The translations under genes were made by a program, and so were the position numbers. A stretch of DNA of 36,112 bases from Elusimicrobiota bacterium (GTDB lineage Bacteria; Elusimicrobiota; Elusimicrobia; UBA1565): positions 1-36,112 of the forward strand of contig JBDREN010000182.1 in NCBI GenBank assembly GCA_043819795.1. The letters run 5' to 3'. The notes beneath the pieces were generated by a model. It did not search any database. It saw only the letters and a program-made list of their open reading frames with translations, and was not told where the DNA came from. Positions 29,531 to 36,112 of this stretch are shown here, one piece after another; within the stretch, counting starts at the first letter, position 1, and every line of letters begins with the position of its first letter.

Positions 29531-32500
29531 CTACCGGCTCCAGCCCGTCTGGCTCGTCCAGACGTCCAGCGTTCCCTGCGAGCAGCCGGACTTGTACTCT
29601 CCCAGGTTCTTGCCGGGCTTGCGGGACAGGATCTGGTCGCAGGCGCACCCGTAGGTCGTCGCCGGGTCCAGGTTCGAGGAGTCGTAGTGGCCGGGGTTCA
29701 GCCTCGCCGCGGCGCGCCAATCGGCCGTCCCGGGGCACTTGTCGTGTTCGTCCAGCACCGCGTCGTTGTCCTCGTCCGCTATCGTGAACGCGGTGCTATG
29801 GGCGAAGCCCTTCATCACCACGTACGTCGTCCCGTCCCGCTCGAACCGCTCGCAGGTGTATTGCGGCAGGGGATTGCCGTCCGCGCCCACCGCCGCCACA
29901 GGCGCCGCGGAATCGCACTTGTTGCCGGTCCTCGCGGCCCACGTGATCCTGCGGAGGTCTTTCAGGCAGTCAAGCGCCGCGGCGACGTTGGCGGCGATGA
30001 AGTCCGAGTCGTCTATGGCGCAGATGCTCGTCTTGTAGGGCAGGACGATGCTCTTCGTCACGCCCTCGGGCAGCTCGAGACCGCTGATGGAGACCCCGTT
30101 GGCCGAGGGGCTCGTCTCGTGGCTCAGGTTGATCGCGCCCAGATCGATCAGCTCCTCGCTCTCGGCGACCTCGATGAGCGGGGTGCCGTCCTGCTGCTCG
30201 ATGCTGTAGTCGTAGGTGCCGTCGTCGTTGGCCTGGACGTCCACGGCCGCGTCCGCCTCCGGGGGCAGCTCCACGGCGCACAGGCCGGAGCACCCGTCTC
30301 CGTCGGCCGCGTTGCCGTCGTCGCACTGCTCCGGGAACTCGAGGACGCCGTTGCCGCACGTCTGCGGATCGCAGGCGTCGCCCAGGTCGTCGGCGTCGCC
30401 GTTCTCCTGATCGGCGTTGGCGGTCATTGGACAGTTGTCCGCCCCGTCGAGGACCATGTCGTTGTCGTCGTCGGGGTCGCAGACGTCGCCGGCCCCGTCG
30501 AGGTCATTGTCCTCCTGGTTCGGGTTGTAGTCGGCCGGACAGTTGTCAAGGACGTTCAGCACGGTATCGTTATCGTCGTCGCAGCCCTCGTCGGTCTCCC
30601 CGTCGCAGTCGTCGTCGACGCCGTTGCACTGCTCCTCGGCGCCCGGATGGACGCCGGGGGCGGCGTCGTCGCAGTCCTGCCCGGGCCCGGCGCAGATGTC
30701 GGAGCCGTCGCTGTCTTCGTCGATCGGCGTGTTGGCGCAGGCGTCCGCGTCCTCGTCGCAGCCGTCAACGGTGCAGGCCAGCGCGTCGCCGCAGACCGGA
30801 GCCTCCCCCGCCAGGCAGCCGGAGGCCCCGGCGCAGGTCTCGCTTCCGTCGCACCATAGCCCGTCGTCGCATAGGGCGTCGCCCCCGTTGTCCGCGGTCC
30901 CGTCGCAGTCGTTGTCGAGGCCGTCGCAGGTCTCCGCCGCGGGGGTCCCCGCGACGCAGGAGTCCGTCTCCTGGCCGTTCATACAGGTCAGCGTCCCGGC
31001 GGCCGAGCATTCGCCCACGCCGCAGGACGTCGGGCCGGCCGCGTAGCCGTCGTCCGGCGCCCCGTCGCAGTCCTGGTCCACCCCGTCGCAGTCGGCGTCG
31101 TCCGCCCCGGGATGTATACCCGGGTCCGTGTCATCGCAGTCGGGACCGCACCCGACCGGCGTCCCCCTGTGACCGTCCCCGTCCGCGTCTATGCACGAAC
31201 CCGCGACCAGCTGCATGTCGTCGAACCAGGCGATGCCGTCGCCACGGATCCACAGGAACGTGAAGTCCAGCCTGGTCATGAGCTTGGTCTCATCGGTGTC
31301 GAAGTAACCCGAGGCGAACTGCCAGTCGTGGGAATCCGCCTCGAAAACGCCGATCACAGACGCATTCCGGGACGTCCCGTCCTCATAGAAGCATCGGGCG
31401 CCGAAATAGGGCTGACGCCCGGTTTCGGAGTCGTTCTCCAGCTTGTTCCAGCCCCCCAAGGTGAAGCCGGCCACCTTCTGCCCGATTGGAACTTGCTGGG
31501 TGACGTACATGGGCTGCGTGCCGTCGTTGTCGAATATCGCCGACTTCCCGCCGGTACGGTACACCGTATCGTCAATGACAGCGGGCCAGCCGTCCGCCTT
31601 GCCGTCGTAGTCCAAGTCCAGCTCGAAGCCCGGACTCTTGAGAAGGTTGGTGTCCTCCGGCAGGCCGTCGCCGTCGAGGTCGGGGCCGCAGATGCTCGGC
31701 TCGTTGGCGCAGCCGTAGCCCGGCTCGAGGGCGCAGGTCGAGCCGCAGCCGTCGCCGCCATCCCGGTCGCCGTCATCGCACCCCTCGCCCGCGTCCCGCA
31801 CTCCGTTTCCGCAGCAGTTCCCGTCCAGGGAGAGGCACGGCCCGGCGATCAGCCGCATGTCGTCGAACCAGGCGATACCGTCGCCCCGGTACCACGCGTA
31901 CTGGAAGTCCAGCCTGGTCATGATCTTGCTTTCATCGGTATCGAAGTATCCCCAATTGAACTGCCAGTCATGGGAATCGGCGTCGAAATAGGCGGCCACC
32001 CACGCTCTCTGGGTCGTCCCATCCTCATAGTGGCACGTGGCGTCTATGGCGGGCCTGCTCCCGGTGTCGGAGTCGTTCTCCAGCTTGGTCCAGCCCGCCA
32101 AGGTGAAGCCGGCCACTTTCTTCCCGATGGGAACTTGCTGAAGGACGTACATGTTCTGCGTGCCGTCGTTGTCAAACCGGGCCGACTTCCCGCCGTTGCG
32201 GGACACCGTGTCGTCAACGGAGGCGTACGGCCAGCCGTCCGGCGTACCGTTGTAGTCCAAGTCCAGCTCGAAACCGGGGTTCTCGATGAGGTTGGCGGCG
32301 TCCGGCAATCCGTCGCCGTCGAGGTCGGGCCCGCAGGCGCTCGGCTCCCCGCCGCAGCCGTGGCCCGGCTCGATCGCGCAGGCCGCGGAGCAGCCGTCGC
32401 CGTCCTCCCGATCGCCATCGTCGCAGGCCTCGCCCGCGTCCCAAACGCCGTTGCCGCAGCAGTTCCCGTCCACGGACAGGCACGACCCCGCGACCAGCTG

Positions 32501-33847
32501 GACGTCATCGAACCAAGCGGCACCGTCGCCGCCGGACCACCAGGACTCGACCCGCATGATGGTCATGACCTTGGACTCGTCCGTGTCGAAGTAGACCGCG
32601 CTGAACTTCCATTCGTGTGAATCCGCCTCGAAAGAGGCGCCCCCATAGAGTATTTGATACGTCCCATCCTCGTAGTAGCATCTGCCTCTGATGACGGGCC
32701 TGTACCCGGTGTCGGAATACTTGTCCACCTTGTTCCAGCCCGCCAAGGTGAAGCCGTCCACCCTCTGCCCGATGGGAACGTCCTGAGAAGCGTAAAGATA
32801 CTTTGTGCCGTCGTTGACCAACTTGCCCGACTTCGCCCCGGAATGGGACACCGTGTCGTCGGCGGAGGCGGACTGCCAGCCGTCCGGCGTACCGTTGTAG
32901 TCCAAGTCCAGCTCGAAACCGGGGTTCTCGAGGATGTTGGTGCCGTCCGGCAGGCCGTCGCCGTCGAGGTCGGCCCCGCAGACGCTCGGCTCGCCGCCGC
33001 AGCCGTAGCCCGCCTCGACCGTACAGGCCGCGCCGCAGCCGTCCCCGTCCGCCGGATTCCCGTCGTCGCACGCCTCGCCCGCGTCCCATACGCCGTTCCC
33101 GCAGCAGTTCCCGTCCAAAGAGAGGCACGACCCCGCGACCAGCTGGACGTCATCGAACCAAGCGGCACCGTCGCCGCCGGACCACCAGGACTCGACCCGC
33201 ATGATGGTCATGACCTTGGACTCGTCCGTGTCGAAGTAGACCGCGTTGAACTTCCATTCGTGTGAATCCGCCTCGAAAGAGGCGCCCCCATAGAGTATTT
33301 GATACGTCCCATCCTCGTAGTAGCATCTGCCTCTGATGACGGGCCTGTACCCGGTGTCGGAATACTTGTCCACCTTGTTCCATCCGGCCAATGTGAAGCC
33401 GTCCACCCTCTGCCCGATGGGAACGTCCTGAGAAGCGTAAAGATACTTTGTGCCGTCGTTGACCAACTTGCCCGACTTCGCCCCGGAATGGGACACCGTG
33501 TCGTCGGCGCCGATAGCATGCCAGCCGTCGGCCCACCCGTCGCCTTCCGCGTCCTCCTCGAAACCCGGGTTCCGGAGAAGGTTGGCGCCGTCCGGCAGGC
33601 CGTCGCCGTCGAGGTCGGGCCCGCAGACGCTCGGCTGGCCGCCGCAGCCGTAGCCCGCCTCGAACGCGCAGGCAGCGTCGCAGCCGTCCCCGCCCGCCGG
33701 GTTGCCGTCGTCGCAGGCCTCCCCCGCGTCGACGATCCCGTCGGGGCACGCCGCGCGCGCGGGCCGAGCCGCGTGAAGCACGAGAGCGAACGCAAAGGCA
33801 AGGACACCGCCCAATACGGCAACCGCCCGTCTCTGATCGGTCTTCAT
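29531..33847 (-). CDS. Large secreted Cys/Asp-rich repeat protein: 4 x (DUF4215-type Cys-rich repeat + CBM4/9-like module), MopE-related metal-binding motifs, TSP3 repeats
   Basis: ATG 33847 follows AGGAG. Signal peptide ending ARA. Repeats CGNG..GEACDDG..GDGC, NL..NPGFE...WFDD, DCDD..PGIHPGA and DNCP..NPNQEDND. 1438 aa. Confidence 0.88.
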   Translation of the reverse strand: MKTDQRRAVAVLGGVLAFAFALVLHAARPARAACPDGIVDAGEACDDGNPAGGDGCDAACAFEAGYGCGGQPSVCGPDLDGDGLPDGANLLRNPGFEEDAEGDGWADGWHAIGADDTVSHSGAKSGKLVNDGTKYLYASQDVPIGQRVDGFTLAGWNKVDKYSDTGYRPVIRGRCYYEDGTYQILYGGASFEADSHEWKFNAVYFDTDESKVMTIMRVESWWSGGDGAAWFDDVQLVAGSCLSLDGNCCGNGVWDAGEACDDGNPADGDGCGAACTVEAGYGCGGEPSVCGADLDGDGLPDGTNILENPGFELDLDYNGTPDGWQSASADDTVSHSGAKSGKLVNDGTKYLYASQDVPIGQRVDGFTLAGWNKVDKYSDTGYRPVIRGRCYYEDGTYQILYGGASFEADSHEWKFSAVYFDTDESKVMTIMRVESWWSGGDGAAWFDDVQLVAGSCLSVDGNCCGNGVWDAGEACDDGDREDGDGCSAACAIEPGHGCGGEPSACGPDLDGDGLPDAANLIENPGFELDLDYNGTPDGWPYASVDDTVSRNGGKSARFDNDGTQNMYVLQQVPIGKKVAGFTLAGWTKLENDSDTGSRPAIDATCHYEDGTTQRAWVAAYFDADSHDWQFNWGYFDTDESKIMTRLDFQYAWYRGDGIAWFDDMRLIAGPCLSLDGNCCGNGVRDAGEGCDDGDRDGGDGCGSTCALEPGYGCANEPSICGPDLDGDGLPEDTNLLKSPGFELDLDYDGKADGWPAVIDDTVYRTGGKSAIFDNDGTQPMYVTQQVPIGQKVAGFTLGGWNKLENDSETGRQPYFGARCFYEDGTSRNASVIGVFEADSHDWQFASGYFDTDETKLMTRLDFTFLWIRGDGIAWFDDMQLVAGSCIDADGDGHRGTPVGCGPDCDDTDPGIHPGADDADCDGVDQDCDGAPDDGYAAGPTSCGVGECSAAGTLTCMNGQETDSCVAGTPAAETCDGLDNDCDGTADNGGDALCDDGLWCDGSETCAGASGCLAGEAPVCGDALACTVDGCDEDADACANTPIDEDSDGSDICAGPGQDCDDAAPGVHPGAEEQCNGVDDDCDGETDEGCDDDNDTVLNVLDNCPADYNPNQEDNDLDGAGDVCDPDDDNDMVLDGADNCPMTANADQENGDADDLGDACDPQTCGNGVLEFPEQCDDGNAADGDGCSGLCAVELPPEADAAVDVQANDDGTYDYSIEQQDGTPLIEVAESEELIDLGAINLSHETSPSANGVSISGLELPEGVTKSIVLPYKTSICAIDDSDFIAANVAAALDCLKDLRRITWAARTGNKCDSAAPVAAVGADGNPLPQYTCERFERDGTTYVVMKGFAHSTAFTIADEDNDAVLDEHDKCPGTADWRAAARLNPGHYDSSNLDPATTYGCACDQILSRKPGKNLGEYKSGCSQGTLDVWTSQTGWSR

Positions 33848-33947
33848 GATCGCTCTCCTATCGAGAATCGTTTCCCCTGTCATCAGCCGGATATGCCTCG
33901 CGCGCGGAACACGTCCGCGACTATCCATCCAGAATGTTTCATCAGTT

Positions 33948-33994
33948 ATTATTGCGCGCCTTCGCTGACAAATCAAGGGCAAGCCGCTGACAAA
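33948..33994 (-). promoter_or_regulatory. Putative sigma70 promoter of the cargo gene with a direct-repeat operator
   Basis: Minus strand TTGATT-N17-AATAAT. TTTGTCAGCG occurs twice, 22 bp apart, around the -35 box. Confidence 0.45.
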
Positions 33995-34294
33995 GAGTCC
34001 GAATAAATGATTATAGGATAGTCACTTTTCTTATAGGTCAGCGAATCTTCTCGATCGGATTCGGGCTCCTGCAGTCCGTTCTCGAAACCGCCGACGGAGG
34101 ACGCGGCTGGTTGACCGCCCCGGAGTTGCCGGCACTCGGCTTCAAATCATTGGCCGCAAATCCGGCGATGCAGGATGCAATCAATTCATCGCCGGTGTGG
34201 GTCCCGAAGTGAAGCCACACCATTCTCTCCGATTCACGTGTCCTTGCGCCAGTCTATTCCTGGAAACAATCTATAATGGATGATCCGACTGCTC

Positions 34295-34690
34295 AAACCT
34301 TGACAAAAAGTCGACAATAATTCGCTGCCGGGTCCTCAAATTGGCCGCTCTTATTGGCTGGAAAGCGCGTATTTTGCAGCGTAATTTGGCAACACGCCCA
34401 GTGGTAGAACGAAAGCTTCCCAAGCTTTAGACGGGGGTTCGATTCCCCTCGCCCGCTAACGTTTTTCGACGATAATACCTGACCTATTGCCCTTGCATCC
34501 TCGACGAAGGATGCAAGCTTCGGGAAACTATAGACGCAACTGTCTCTCTTCAGTTCCCGACGGAGGCACGGCCGCCTCAAGAGAAAAGTCGACAAAATCT
34601 CGACACCCGGAATCATCGGAATACGCAGACACCCCTTTCCGCCCTCGATCTGCCTTCGTCCGGGACCGCCAGGGGCCGGCTTCGTACGTA
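34295..34690 (+). repeat. attP-like junction between unit 1 and unit 2 (arm - tRNA core - arm)
   Basis: AAACCTTGACA-AAAAGTCGACA (34295-34316), tRNA copy 34399-34457, palindrome 34492-34517, AAAAGTCGACA-AAATCTCGACA (34584-34605). Confidence 0.8.
34399..34457 (+). pseudogene. Truncated tRNA-Gly copy (att core)
   Basis: 57/59 identical to 29260-29318. Lacks the first 12 nt and the CCA. Confidence 0.9.
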
Positions 34691-34955
34691 GTAGTGCGCA
34701 ATCAGCGCCGCGACTCGACGATGGCCTTCCCGACGTCGTCCAAGTCATTGGTCATTCGGTTGAAGTCGAGATTCGATGGCAGGGCTGTCATCCGGTGGCA
34801 ATGCCGATTCCTGAGGAAGGCTGTATCCGTGATACTCAACCGTTTCAATGGTGATTTTTCAGCGGCCTCGTTTCAACTCATATAGGATATTACCGGACCG
34901 GGGGTAGCTCCCGAGATGCCGACTGGCAGGGGGCCGGCCGTGTCGTGGCCAGCGC

Positions 34956-36112
34956 TCAGAGGCTGGTAATCGAGGCGATTATGGCCTGCGCCGCTCCGGT
35001 CAATTGGTCGGCCTGATCCTCGGTCAGCTTCTTGCCGCGCTGGGCGTTGACCTGGTTGATGAAAGCCCAGAGCTTGTTGACCGCCGGGGTCTCGTTGCCC
35101 GACGCCAAGCTGGCGAGCGCGCTCTTCAGCTTGGAGCCCAACGCGTTCTTGAGCCCCGCAGGCACGCCCGCGAGGTCTTCCACGGCGCCGATCAGAGCGC
35201 CCAGCGCCTCCTCAGGCGTCCGGACCGTGACGGTCAAGGTGTCCGAGTCAGTGGCCCCGTCGTCGTCTTCGACGATCAGCGTGACGGTGAAGCTTCCCGG
35301 GCGGTCGTAGGGATGCGTGACCGCTTGGCCGCTTCCCGTGTCGCCGTCGCCAAAGTCCCAGCCGTAGGAGACGATTGTCCCGTCCGGGTCGCTCGAGCCG
35401 CCCCCATCGAAGGCCGCGCTCTGTCCCACGAGGATCGTCTGGTCCGATCCGGCCTCGGCCGTCGGAGGCTGGTTCTCGCAGACGTCGCCTATGCCGTTGT
35501 TGTCCTTATCGGCTTGGTCGGGATTGTAGAGCTCACAGTTGTCGCAGGCGTCGCCCACCCCGTCGCCGTCGGCGTCCTCCTGGCCGGGGTTGGGGGTCGT
35601 CCGGCAGTTGTCCGACCCGTCCGGGATGCCGTCGTTGTCGTCGTCAGGGTCGCAGGCGTCGCCCGCCCCGTCGCCGTCGGCGTCCTCCTGCCCCGGGTTG
35701 GGGGTCAGCCGGCAGTTGTCGTAGTCGTCCGAAACCCCGTCGTCGTCGTCATCCCCGTCGCAGGCGTCGCCCGCGCCGTCGCCGTCGCTGTCGAGCTGGT
35801 CCGGGTTAGGGATGCCGGGGCAGTTGTCCACGTCGTTGGGGACGCCGTCGTGGTCGCTGTCGTTTTCAGGGTTCGAGACAAGCTGGAGCACGATAGCCAG
35901 ACTTCTGTCCTGTTCCAAGGCGATGGGACCCAAAGAGAAAGGATAAAACCCGCTGCCTTCGGGCGGTTCGACGCTGACGCTGAGAAGCCTATCGCCGGAA
36001 TCGCCAGGGCGGGTGGGAAACAGGAAGAAGGTCGCTCTCCCAGCGGCCCCCACCTTGGCGTCGACGAAACAATCCCCGATCGGGAAGGTGACGCCGTCGG
36101 TGGTGAAGGCCG
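34956..36112 (-). CDS. Thrombospondin type 3 repeat + PKD domain protein, 5'-partial
   Basis: Repeated DNC...[19 protein letters not shown] motif [23 protein letters not shown]. Helical C-terminal domain ([13 protein letters not shown]). The frame is open to the window end. Confidence 0.88.
   Translation of the reverse strand, partial: AFTTDGVTFPIGDCFVDAKVGAAGRATFFLFPTRPGDSGDRLLSVSVEPPEGSGFYPFSLGPIALEQDRSLAIVLQLVSNPENDSDHDGVPNDVDNCPGIPNPDQLDSDGDGAGDACDGDDDDDGVSDDYDNCRLTPNPGQEDADGDGAGDACDPDDDNDGIPDGSDNCRTTPNPGQEDADGDGVGDACDNCELYNPDQADKDNNGIGDVCENQPPTAEAGSDQTILVGQSAAFDGGGSSDPDGTIVSYGWDFGDGDTGSGQAVTHPYDRPGSFTVTLIVEDDDGATDSDTLTVTVRTPEEALGALIGAVEDLAGVPAGLKNALGSKLKSALASLASGNETPAVNKLWAFINQVNAQRGKKLTEDQADQLTGAAQAIIASITSL

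Larger units (their letters stand above)
29260..34398. mobile_element. tRNA-Gly-integrated unit 1 (about 5.14 kb, no integrase gene)
   Basis: Bounded by 59-bp direct repeats (29260-29318 and 34399-34457), with tandem 11-bp arm-type repeats inside both ends. Confidence 0.75.

Noticed and set aside
31190..33745. Diversity-generating retroelement template/variable repeat pair
   Set aside because: The repeats are in-frame tandem protein modules, the differences are not confined to adenines, and no reverse transcriptase is present.
34399..34460. Second functional tRNA-Gly
   Set aside because: It lacks the 5' acceptor strand and the first D-stem bases and has no CCA. It is better explained as an att core.
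34038..34885. Small ORFs (34038-34223, 34293-34748, 34487-34885) as integrase or excisionase
   Set aside because: No tyrosine-recombinase R-H-R-Y, serine-recombinase or HTH pattern. Two of them simply run across the att site.

Overview
GC-rich bacterial window. The gene content, including a LamG/FN3 protein with a T9SS-like C-terminal domain next to a PorV-like barrel, suggests Elusimicrobiota, but this is inference only. Positions 1-29.2 kb are mostly housekeeping: a DUF192 lipoprotein, a secreted hypothetical protein, dtd, a stand-alone Lrp/AsnC ligand-binding domain, two complete peptide ABC transporters (order D F D F A B C A B C), a long-chain acyl-CoA ligase, a tRNA nucleotidyltransferase/HD protein that looks CC-adding, the LamG/FN3 + PorV-like pair, mrp/apbC, an aquaporin, pepA, folE and a transaldolase-PGI fusion. 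This part carries at least six kinds of small palindromic or MITE-like element, several of them translated as part of protein ends. The most striking structure follows tRNA-Gly(CCC) at 29248-29321. It looks like a tandem array of tRNA-integrated units: a 59-bp copy of the tRNA recurs 5,139 bp downstream. Both copies are followed by a homologous arm of about 200 bp, and tandem 11-bp arm-type repeats lie on both sides of the internal copy. The one complete unit (about 5.1 kb) has no integrase, only a large secreted Cys/Asp-rich repeat protein with a candidate promoter of its own. The next unit starts with another Ca-binding TSP3/PKD protein. This suggests integrase-free cassettes mobilised in trans. 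No CRISPR array or rRNA was seen.
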